Positions 17,765-26,370 of a stretch of DNA of 51,897 bases are shown here, in pieces. The notes under the pieces were generated by a model, which saw only the letters and a list, made by a program, of their open reading frames with translations, searched no databases and was not told where the DNA came from. Made by a program: the position numbers and the translations under genes. The stretch covers positions 1-51,897 of the forward strand of contig JABCTC010000025.1 in assembly GCA_018238545.1 (NCBI GenBank), given 5' to 3'. Source of the DNA: Candidatus Heimdallarchaeota archaeon (lineage in GTDB: Archaea; Asgardarchaeota; Heimdallarchaeia; Heimdallarchaeales; Heimdallarchaeaceae). Positions within the stretch are counted from its first letter, which is position 1. Each line of letters starts with the position of its first letter.

Positions 17765-19033
17765 ATGAGTGAAAAAGTTCCCCCCACAAAAGAAAAGAAA
17801 AAAATCCAACAACCAGTTGTCAATATTGGAACTATTGGACACGTTGATAACGGAAAATCTACACTGGTACAAGCTTTAACTGGCAAATTCCCAGATGATC
17901 ATTCTGAAGAATTGAAAAGAGGTATATCCATCAGATTGGGGTATGCAGACACAGAATTTCGCAAGTGTCCAAAGTGCTCAGAACCAGAAGCATATACTGT
18001 GGAAAAAAAATGTCCCAAATGTGGAGCACCTTCAGAACTAATCAGACGGGTATCGTTTGTTGATTGTCCAGGTCACGAAGTCTTGATGGCAACGCTTCTA
18101 TCTGGTGCTACATTGATGAATGGTGCAATCCTTCTTATTGCTGCAAACTCAAGATGTCCTCAACCTCAAACAAGAGAACATCTTGCTGCTATGGAAATTC
18201 TTCAAATTAAGAATATCGTCATCGCTCAGAATAAAATAGAGCTAGTCACAGAAGAAGAAGCTAAAAGAAACTACCAAGAAATTAAGGATTTTGTTAAGGG
18301 GACAATTGCAGAAGATGCACCAATAATCCCAATCAGTGCAATGCATGGGGCCAATCTTGACGTGTTAATTTGTGAGATTGAAAAAAATATTCCAACACCA
18401 GATATTGACATAGATAGTCCATTTGAGATGCATGTTGCACGATCTTTTGATATCAACAGACCTGGTACAATACCAATAAACCTCAAGGGTGGAGTGTTGG
18501 GTGGATCAGTTATCCAAGGTCAAATCAACGTAGGGGAAGATATTGAGATTGTTCCGGGTATTTTAATTAAAAAAGGAAATAAGTCAGCATATCAAGAGAT
18601 TACAACAAAGGTAATAAGCATTGCAATAGGGGAACAAGGTTTAGTAGATGGTGCCCATTCTGGTGGTTTGGTTGCTATAGGTACAGAATTAGATCCATCA
18701 TTTTTAAAATCGGACAAGATGGGAGGAAACATCATAACAAAACCGGGAGACGCACCTCCAATACGTTCAACACTGAGTCTCAAAATTCGATTGCTCGAAT
18801 ATGTTGTTGGGTCAGAAGAAATAACAAAAGTCCAACCTCTTGCACAAGGGGAGACACTAATGCTTAATGTTGGAACAGCAAAGACTTCAGGATCAATTAC
18901 AGAAATCAAAGGAAAGGAAGCACAAATTAAACTGAGTAGAAACGTAGCGGCGAGAACAAAAAGCCTTGTTGCAATATCTAGACGTATTTCTGGAAGGTTT
19001 CGGTTAATAGGCGTTGGAGAAATTATAGCTTAA
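17765..19033 (+). CDS. eif2g: Translation initiation factor aIF2 gamma
   Basis: QPVVNIGTIGHVDNGKST, EELKRGISIRLGY, DCPGHE, PQPQTREH, NKIE. Confidence 0.97.
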   Translation: MSEKVPPTKEKKKIQQPVVNIGTIGHVDNGKSTLVQALTGKFPDDHSEELKRGISIRLGYADTEFRKCPKCSEPEAYTVEKKCPKCGAPSELIRRVSFVDCPGHEVLMATLLSGATLMNGAILLIAANSRCPQPQTREHLAAMEILQIKNIVIAQNKIELVTEEEAKRNYQEIKDFVKGTIAEDAPIIPISAMHGANLDVLICEIEKNIPTPDIDIDSPFEMHVARSFDINRPGTIPINLKGGVLGGSVIQGQINVGEDIEIVPGILIKKGNKSAYQEITTKVISIAIGEQGLVDGAHSGGLVAIGTELDPSFLKSDKMGGNIITKPGDAPPIRSTLSLKIRLLEYVVGSEEITKVQPLAQGETLMLNVGTAKTSGSITEIKGKEAQIKLSRNVAARTKSLVAISRRISGRFRLIGVGEIIA

Positions 19034-19049
19034 TTGTGGAGATTTTATC

Positions 19050-19442
19050 ATGTTAGTTTTACTAGATTCTAGCATGTTAATGCTGCCTTTAGAAAAGAAA
19101 ATTAATCTTAGCTATGAATTTGAAAGAATTTTAGATGTTGCTTTTGAAATTGTAGTTCCTCAGATTGTTTTGATTGAATTGAGAGAGCTTAAAGAAAAAA
19201 GCGAGCCTGCTACAAAGCGTAAAGCAGAGTTTGCTCTGAATTTGGCTAAATCTTTTAAGATAATAGAATCTAAAAAAGAAGGGCATGTAGATTATGAATT
19301 GATGCGGCTTGCAGAAATTCACAAAGCAGTTGTAGCTACAAATGATAGAAAACTTCGATCTATACTTATAGATAAAGGAAAATCTGTTATTTCTCTGCAT
19401 GGCAAGAACAAGCTTGCTATTTTTGGTGACTTATCACACTAA
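19050..19442 (+). CDS. PIN-domain protein (Fcf1/Utp23-like)
   Basis: VLLDSS, V..EL, VD..L, VATND..L; follows aIF2-gamma as is usual in archaea. Confidence 0.88.
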   Translation: MLVLLDSSMLMLPLEKKINLSYEFERILDVAFEIVVPQIVLIELRELKEKSEPATKRKAEFALNLAKSFKIIESKKEGHVDYELMRLAEIHKAVVATNDRKLRSILIDKGKSVISLHGKNKLAIFGDLSH

Positions 19443-19510
19443 TAATCTATAGATGGAAAGCCATATCGCAAGCACAAATTTTAATTATTCTGAGTTAATT
19501 TTTTTACTTA

Positions 19511-19527
19511 ATCAGAGATAATCTGAT
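19511..19527. promoter_or_regulatory. Inverted repeat upstream of the tricarboxylate operon, candidate operator
   Basis: ATCAGA-N5-TCTGAT, ~50 nt before the ATG at 19576. Confidence 0.35.
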
Positions 19528-19575
19528 GAGAAACAAAAAAACATCAATTACAAAATTGTAAAAGAGGTCGCCTAA

Positions 19576-20148
19576 ATGGAGATTAAGCATATTTTTCCTG
19601 AAATAGAAAAAATAGAAAATGAAAAACTACAAGATAAGGTAGTTAAGTCACTTGAAAAAGCAATCAATATGGGAGGTTGGAAAGAAGAAGATCTTCAAAT
19701 GATTCCATTTACCCTTTTGATACCAGAATTGCTTGAAGGAGATAATTTGGTCCCAAAAATAACAATTGTTGATCATATTCGCGCAGTAACCCAGATGTGT
19801 ATTGCTACATATGAGAGATATGAAATATTAGGATTAGCTGATAAACTCAATAAGGATGAACTGATTGCAGGAGGATTACTTCATGATGTAGGAAAATTCA
19901 TCGAATATGAGAGAAACTCTGCTGGAAAAATAGTTCAAAAGATTGAAGGGAAATTACTTCGACACCCAGCTATGGGTTTAGAAATTGTATATGAATTTGA
20001 GTTACCTATATCGGTAAGGCAAGCAATAGTCTTTCATAGTAAAGAGGGAGATAAAATCCCAAGATTGCCAGAAGTAGAGATAATCCATCGTTGTGATTTC
20101 CTTTGCTTTGCTCCTATTAAACAGATATTTGAAAACAATAATCGATAA
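19576..20148 (+). CDS. HD-domain metal-dependent phosphohydrolase
   Basis: H..AV, LLHDVGK, RH, H, H..D metal ligands. Confidence 0.88.
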   Translation: MEIKHIFPEIEKIENEKLQDKVVKSLEKAINMGGWKEEDLQMIPFTLLIPELLEGDNLVPKITIVDHIRAVTQMCIATYERYEILGLADKLNKDELIAGGLLHDVGKFIEYERNSAGKIVQKIEGKLLRHPAMGLEIVYEFELPISVRQAIVFHSKEGDKIPRLPEVEIIHRCDFLCFAPIKQIFENNNR

Positions 20149-20164
20149 TTAAAAGGTGTAAAAA

Positions 20165-21298
20165 ATGAAGAAATATAAAATTGCAGTACTACCTGGAGAT
20201 GGGATAGGGATAGATGTAACTAATGCAGCAATGAAGGTTCTTGATACCGTTGGTTTCAGTGATGTGGTAGAGTATACTTGGGGTGACATTGGATGGGAAT
20301 TCTGGAAAACTGAAGGAAATCCCCTACCTGATAGAACAATAGAACTACTCAAGAATTCAGATTGCTGTTTGTTCTCAGCTATTACTTCTAAACCAAAAGA
20401 AGAAGCACAGAAAGAGTTAGTTCCAGAATTGCAAAAAAAGGGAATAGTGTACTCTAGTCCAATTGTTAAACTAAGACAATTGTTTGATTTGTATGTTAAT
20501 TTGCGTCCATGCAAAGCTTATCCTGGTAATCCTTTAAATTTCAGAGATGATTTAGATTTAGTTGTATTTCGTGAAAATACTGAAGGACTCTATGTTGGAA
20601 TAGAATTCCATCCAGTTCCTGAAGATGTAATGAACTGTTTAGTAGAGAATCATCCTAAAGCTAAGCGCTTTGCTGAAACAGATTTAAACGATATTGCTAT
20701 TTCAACAAGAATATTCACACGAAAAGGAGTTCAACGAATTCTAAAAGCGAGTATGGATTATGCAAAAGAGTTTGATTATCCGACAGTCACTGTAGTCGAA
20801 AAACCAAACGTTATTCGTGAAACTTCTGGTCTAATGATTCGAGAGGCGCGTAAGCTTATCCAAAACTATGATGGAAAAGAACTTTGGGAAACCAACATAG
20901 ACGCTATGTGTATGTGGTTAGTTAAAAATCCACAAAATTATGGTGTCCTAGTAGCTTCCAATATGTTTGGTGATATTGTTTCTGATTTATGCGCACAGTT
21001 AGTGGGTGGGCTGGGATTTGCTTGTTCAGGAAATATAGGTGAAAGCTTCGCTGTGTTTGAACCGAGTCATGGTTCAGCTCCAAAATATGTTGGTCAAAAC
21101 AAAGTGAATCCTATTGCACAGATTTTATCCGCAAAAATGATGTTAGATTGGCTTGGAGAGAAAGAAATGAGCAACAAAATTGAAGACGCTGTTGCAGCTG
21201 TTATAGCAGAAGGAAAAGTTCGAACCTATGACATGGGTGGCACTTCAACAACCACGGAAATGGCAGATGCAATTTGTGAGAAAATAAAAGGAATGTAA
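20165..21298 (+). CDS. Isocitrate/isopropylmalate/homoisocitrate dehydrogenase family protein
   Basis: PGDGIG, LRQ.FDLYVNLRP, RENTEGLY, NMFGDIVSD, EPSHGSAP. Confidence 0.92.
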   Translation: MKKYKIAVLPGDGIGIDVTNAAMKVLDTVGFSDVVEYTWGDIGWEFWKTEGNPLPDRTIELLKNSDCCLFSAITSKPKEEAQKELVPELQKKGIVYSSPIVKLRQLFDLYVNLRPCKAYPGNPLNFRDDLDLVVFRENTEGLYVGIEFHPVPEDVMNCLVENHPKAKRFAETDLNDIAISTRIFTRKGVQRILKASMDYAKEFDYPTVTVVEKPNVIRETSGLMIREARKLIQNYDGKELWETNIDAMCMWLVKNPQNYGVLVASNMFGDIVSDLCAQLVGGLGFACSGNIGESFAVFEPSHGSAPKYVGQNKVNPIAQILSAKMMLDWLGEKEMSNKIEDAVAAVIAEGKVRTYDMGGTSTTTEMADAICEKIKGM

Positions 21299-21389
21299 TG
21301 GTTACTTACATTCTTTCTTATCATTTATTTTATTTGTTTTAGTAAGCACAGATAAATACACAGAGATATACTTATTACTTCTTTACTGA

Positions 21390-22673
21390 TTGGTGAAATT
21401 GAACAAAATGGAAGGGTTTACGCTAATAGAAAAAATCATTAGAAAGCACACAGATGCTGCAGATGAGGATATTTATCCTGGTAACATTGTATGGATAAAT
21501 CTAGACATAGTAACGGCCAGAGATTATGCAGGACCACAAGTTATAGACTTGTTCCAGAAATATTATCCAGGTTCTAAGACTTTTGACAATAATAAAATCA
21601 TCTTCACACCAGATTGCTACCCTTATGGTAATGATCCAAAACATGTTAAAGATCAAGAGAAAATTCGCGTTTTTGCTAAAGAACATGATATAAAAGTAAC
21701 GGATTTAGGATCTGGTATCGGTTCACATCTATTGTTTAGAAGAGGTTTTTCAAAACCTGGAGATATAGTTATTGGGGCAGATAGTCATTATAATATATTG
21801 GGGGCGTTAGGCATTCTAGGGCAAGGAGCGGGTGATGTGACGCTAGCTTTTGCTTTCAAAACTGGAAAATCATGGATAAAAATCCCAGAAACGGTTAAAG
21901 TTATACTAGAAGGCAAATACACTTGGCCCACCACTTCAAAAGATTTAGCATTATATGTCTTAAAGCAACTACATGAATATGGAATAACTGGAAAAGCTAT
22001 TGAGTTTTGTGGAGATGTAATCTCCGAATTAACCATTGAAGATCGCGTGACATTATGCTCACTAATTACAGAAGCATCAGGTATGATAGGGTTTGTTCCT
22101 ACAGATGAAGTAACCACCGAATATTATAAGCAACGCAACATTGATATTGAAGTACTTACAGGAGATGAGAATGCAAATTATGCTTCTGAATTTACAATTA
22201 ATATTGATAACTTGGGTTTATACGTTGCATGTCCCCCTCACCCACACAATGTTAAGCCTATAGAAGAGGTTTTGGGAACCCCTATTAATTCAATTATACT
22301 TGGATCATGTACGAACGGCAGTGCTAGTGACATTCATGAAGCCGCGAGAGTACTCAAAGGTTCTCAAATAAAACCAGAAGTTCGATTCGGTATAGTTCCT
22401 GCAACTCGTGAAGATTTTGTAGAGATAAATCTGAATAAAGATATGACAATAATATTAGAAGCTGGCGGTAATTTCTTTGGAGCAGGATGTTCAACTTGTG
22501 CTAAAGGTCAATATGGATTAACGGGAGGAGAAACAGCTGTAACCTTAACAACAGGTAACCGCAACACGCAAGGTAAAATCGGTCCAGCAGATGTTTATCT
22601 TGCAAGTCCTGTTGTAGCAGCAGCAACAGCAATTGAAGGAAAAATTGCTAAACCAAAAATGAGAGATGATTAA
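21390..22673 (+). CDS. Aconitase-family (LeuC/HacA-like) large subunit, divergent
   Basis: GADSH, GSCTNG, CSTC, TTGNRN..G, YLASP. Probable ATG start at 21408. Confidence 0.88.
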   Translation: MVKLNKMEGFTLIEKIIRKHTDAADEDIYPGNIVWINLDIVTARDYAGPQVIDLFQKYYPGSKTFDNNKIIFTPDCYPYGNDPKHVKDQEKIRVFAKEHDIKVTDLGSGIGSHLLFRRGFSKPGDIVIGADSHYNILGALGILGQGAGDVTLAFAFKTGKSWIKIPETVKVILEGKYTWPTTSKDLALYVLKQLHEYGITGKAIEFCGDVISELTIEDRVTLCSLITEASGMIGFVPTDEVTTEYYKQRNIDIEVLTGDENANYASEFTINIDNLGLYVACPPHPHNVKPIEEVLGTPINSIILGSCTNGSASDIHEAARVLKGSQIKPEVRFGIVPATREDFVEINLNKDMTIILEAGGNFFGAGCSTCAKGQYGLTGGETAVTLTTGNRNTQGKIGPADVYLASPVVAAATAIEGKIAKPKMRDD

Positions 22674-23183
22674 ATGAGTAATGAGATTATAGATGGAAAA
22701 GCTAGAAAGGTTCTTGTTGATGATATAGATACTGATCAGATATTTCATCAGTCCCTTTTAACAATTCATGACCCAGAGGAAATTAAACCCCACATTTTTG
22801 GTAACTTGGATGGATATCGCAATTTTGGAAAGGAAGACAATACTGGAAAAATTCTTGTTGTTGGAAAAAATTTCGGAAAAGGGTCTACTAGGCAACAGGC
22901 AGTAACTGGTTTTCTCGCACATAAATTTAAGGCCATAATTGGTGCATCTTTTGGACCAATTTATTACAGTAATGCCGTAAATGCAGGATTACTTTTAGTT
23001 GAAGTGCCCGAGATTGCAAACTTTTCAATTGAAGAAAATGATGAATTAGAGATAGATATCACTCAATCCTTGCTTACAAATAAAACACAGGAAATTAATA
23101 TCAAATGTGAGAAAATCCCGATACCAGTACTAGATATTATGAAAGCTGGTGGCTTAATGAGCTTAGGGGAAAAATTTGAATAG
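22674..23183 (+). CDS. Aconitase-family (LeuD/HacB-like) small subunit, divergent
   Basis: DDIDTDQI, GKNFGKGSTRQQA, SF..IY.SNAVNAG, AGGL. Confidence 0.88.
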   Translation: MSNEIIDGKARKVLVDDIDTDQIFHQSLLTIHDPEEIKPHIFGNLDGYRNFGKEDNTGKILVVGKNFGKGSTRQQAVTGFLAHKFKAIIGASFGPIYYSNAVNAGLLLVEVPEIANFSIEENDELEIDITQSLLTNKTQEINIKCEKIPIPVLDIMKAGGLMSLGEKFE

Positions 23184-23193
23184 AGGAATTAGA

Positions 23194-25044
23194 ATGGCAG
23201 GAAAAACATTCTCAGAAAAGTTATTTTCGCTGAAATCCGGAGAGGATGTTAGTGTTGGAGATATTGTATTTGTAGAACCAGATTTAATTCTTTCACATGA
23301 TAATTCTGCATCCATAGTAAAAACTTTTCAAAAAATGGGTGGAAAAAAGATATTATACCCCCGGCGTTTAGTTATTGTTTTGGATCATGATTCTCCTCCA
23401 ACTAATGTTCAATTGGCAAACGATCATCAAAGCATACGCGATCTAATAGCTGAACACAATATAACAAATTTTTATGATGAAGGAACTGGAATTTGTCATC
23501 AATTAATGTCGAATCATGTTTTGCCTGCCATGTTGGTTGTTGGTTCTGATTCTCATACATGTACTAGTGGGGCACTCGCATCTTTTGCTGCTGGCATTGA
23601 CAGAACAGAAACTGCTGGTCTTTGGCTTACTGGAAAAACATGGTTCAGAGTTCCAGAAACTATTAAGATAAAATTACTTGGAAAACTCTCCCCAGGAGTT
23701 TATGCTAAGGACTGTGCCCTCTATATTATGAACAAATTAGGATCGGCTGGTGCAACTTATCAATCCATTGAATTTCATGGAGAAGGAGTAGAATCGCTTT
23801 CAATTTCTGAACGTATGACCTTAACCAATTTGGCTTCAGAAATGGGTGCAAAAACAGCTATATTTCCACAAGACGATGTTTTGGTAAAGTGGTTAGAGGA
23901 AAAACATGGTGCTTCTTATTCAAGTGATAAGAAAGCTATCTGGTCTGACAATGATGCCATATTTAGTCAAGAAGTTGTTGTGAATCTTAGTGAATTAGAA
24001 CCACTAATTGCAGTACCACACCAAGTGGATAACGCAAGGAAAATATGTGATTTAGATGAGATTACCATTCAAGAAGCATTTCTTGGAACATGCACAAATG
24101 CTAGATTAGATGATCTTCTTATAGCAGCTTCAATTCTAGAAGGTGAGAAAGTAAAAACGGGAGTACAGTTTTTCGTTGCTCCAGCCTCCAGAGAGATTTA
24201 TCTTAAAGCGCTTAAAAAAGGAGCAATTCAAACATTTGTAGAAGCAGGTGCAACTATACTATCCTGTAGTTGTGGTCCATGTCTAGGAAAAGGTCAAGGA
24301 ATTCCAGCTGATGGATGGAACGTGATTTCCACTGCAAACAGGAATTTTCTTGGCAGAATGGGAAACAAAAAATCATTTGTTTATCTTGCATCTCCAGCAA
24401 CTGTAGCAGCTTCAGCAATCGCAGGGAAGATTGTTGACCCCCGCAGTTATCTAAAGGGAGATATCAAGAAGACAACTTCATCACTAGAATTAGAACCAAG
24501 AATAAAGCAAACAAAAACATTAGTTATCGGCTCAAGTGAGGATAGAAAGATAAACAACGCCTGGAACTATAGCGATATTGATAACTTCAACACAGACCAA
24601 ATGTTTGCAGGTTCTTTAACATATGACATAAAATCAGCTGACGGAGAGAATATTATTGCACATTTGTTTAAGGGTTTGGATGAATCCTTTGCTTCAAGAG
24701 TACAAGAAGGGGACATAATCATAGCTGGAGCGAATTTTGGTTGTGGATCATCAAGAGAGCACCCTTCAGTAGGATTGGCGTTTGCAGGTGTAAAAGCCGT
24801 TATAGTGAAATCTGTTTCGCGCATTTTCTTTCGATCAGCAATCAACCAAGGATTGCCAATAATAGTTCACCCACAGCTTATTGAAAACTATAATTCGAAA
24901 GAATCTGTAACAATAGATTTGCAAAATGGAATTATTATGAATGGAGATAAAAGATATACATTTCCAAAATTGCCTTCAGAGTTACTAGAAATTTTCAATG
25001 CAGGTGGTCTTATCAATTATTACCAAAAGAAATATTCAGAATAA
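23194..25044 (+). CDS. Fused LeuC-LeuD type hydro-lyase (homoaconitase/aconitase-like)
   Basis: LDH, GICHQ, DSHT, GTCTN, CGPC, ANRNF.GRMG, then C-terminal NTDQ and NFGCGSSREH. Confidence 0.9.
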   Translation: MAGKTFSEKLFSLKSGEDVSVGDIVFVEPDLILSHDNSASIVKTFQKMGGKKILYPRRLVIVLDHDSPPTNVQLANDHQSIRDLIAEHNITNFYDEGTGICHQLMSNHVLPAMLVVGSDSHTCTSGALASFAAGIDRTETAGLWLTGKTWFRVPETIKIKLLGKLSPGVYAKDCALYIMNKLGSAGATYQSIEFHGEGVESLSISERMTLTNLASEMGAKTAIFPQDDVLVKWLEEKHGASYSSDKKAIWSDNDAIFSQEVVVNLSELEPLIAVPHQVDNARKICDLDEITIQEAFLGTCTNARLDDLLIAASILEGEKVKTGVQFFVAPASREIYLKALKKGAIQTFVEAGATILSCSCGPCLGKGQGIPADGWNVISTANRNFLGRMGNKKSFVYLASPATVAASAIAGKIVDPRSYLKGDIKKTTSSLELEPRIKQTKTLVIGSSEDRKINNAWNYSDIDNFNTDQMFAGSLTYDIKSADGENIIAHLFKGLDESFASRVQEGDIIIAGANFGCGSSREHPSVGLAFAGVKAVIVKSVSRIFFRSAINQGLPIIVHPQLIENYNSKESVTIDLQNGIIMNGDKRYTFPKLPSELLEIFNAGGLINYYQKKYSE

Positions 25045-25056
25045 AAGGTAAAAACA

Positions 25057-26370
25057 ATGAAATTATACGAATACGAAGCAAAACAAATTTTTGAAAAGTT
25101 TGGTTTAGCAGTGCCAAAGAAGATTGGTATAATAGAAAGTATTAGCGATTTAGAAGGTTTATCCTTGAATTTTCCAATAATGATCAAAGCAATGGTTTTG
25201 ATAGGGGGAAGAGGAAAAGCTGGTGGGATAAAAAAAGCTGATAATATTGAAGAAGCAAGAGACATTTGTAACAAGATGTTTGATTTAGTTATTCATGGTT
25301 TTGTTATAAGAAGACTACTTCTTGAGGAAGCTGTGAGCGTATCACATGAGATTTATTTATCAATAATAACAGACCCCGCAACATTTGACCTTGTTGTTGT
25401 TGCATCTGCAAGTGGTGGAATAGATATTGAAGAAGTGGCTAAAAATCAACCTGAAGAAATTTGGAAGAGAACCCTAAGTAACAATCCTAAGACTCTTTCA
25501 GAGGAAGTAAGCCAAGAAGCAGCAGATTTTCTAGTTGGAAGAAATCCAGAGTTAGCTTCGGTTAAAGAAAGTTTATCTACAGTTATAATTTCATTATTTT
25601 CAGCTTTTCAACAATCTGAAGCCAAAATATGTGAAATTAATCCACTCATAGTAACCAATGATAATCAACTAATAGCTGCAGATGCAAAATTTGTATTAGA
25701 CGACAATAGTTTGTATAGGCAAGCTCCGTTGCTCAAGTCAATTGGAATTGACCCTAAAAGTAAGAGACATGATGTGTCAGAGCAAACCAAATATGAAGCA
25801 CAAGCATATATTGTTGGTTTTCCATTTCTTGATTTACTTGCCAATCCAGTGAATTTTCAAAAAGAAGAAGATAAGTTATATGTTGGATTAGTTCCTGGAG
25901 GAGCAGGTTATGGTATCTTTTCAATTGATGAAGTTGTAAATATTGGTAATCGCTATTTTGATGGAAATGTAGTTCCAATTAATTTCATGGACAGCGGGGG
26001 AGGACCTTCCCTAAGTAAGGTTGCAGATATGTTTCATCTCTTAATGGATCATCCAGCAACAGATCTAGTAATTACAAGCCGCTTTGGTGGCATATCAAGT
26101 TGTGATATATTTATTCAAGGTTTAATTATGGCTTTAAGGGATAGATACATCTCAAAAAGAAGAATGATTCCAGTCTTTGGTCGAATGGTTGGAACGGATT
26201 TAGCTGCAGCGAGAGCTTTTCTTGACAAAGCGAAGAAAGAGTCACCTGAACCCTTGAAAGATCTACACATAATTGTTGGTAATCAAAAGATAATGGCAGA
26301 TGTCATCAAAGATGGTATTGAATATGGCTTTAAAATCAAAAAACAGAAAGGAATTGGGGTAATTAAATGA
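25057..26370 (+). CDS. ATP-grasp acyl-CoA synthetase beta subunit (SucC/AclB/citryl-CoA synthetase-like)
   Basis: MKLYEYEAK, GGRGKAGG, GGIDIEE, EINPL, DAK..LDDN, GGAG, FGGI..CD. Confidence 0.88.
   Translation: MKLYEYEAKQIFEKFGLAVPKKIGIIESISDLEGLSLNFPIMIKAMVLIGGRGKAGGIKKADNIEEARDICNKMFDLVIHGFVIRRLLLEEAVSVSHEIYLSIITDPATFDLVVVASASGGIDIEEVAKNQPEEIWKRTLSNNPKTLSEEVSQEAADFLVGRNPELASVKESLSTVIISLFSAFQQSEAKICEINPLIVTNDNQLIAADAKFVLDDNSLYRQAPLLKSIGIDPKSKRHDVSEQTKYEAQAYIVGFPFLDLLANPVNFQKEEDKLYVGLVPGGAGYGIFSIDEVVNIGNRYFDGNVVPINFMDSGGGPSLSKVADMFHLLMDHPATDLVITSRFGGISSCDIFIQGLIMALRDRYISKRRMIPVFGRMVGTDLAAARAFLDKAKKESPEPLKDLHIIVGNQKIMADVIKDGIEYGFKIKKQKGIGVIK

Noticed and set aside
19576-20148. HD protein as MptB (partner of MptA) or a Cas3 HD domain
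   Set aside because: It is co-oriented with the tricarboxylate operon, 24 kb from mptA, with no cas genes; the specific function cannot be assigned by eye.
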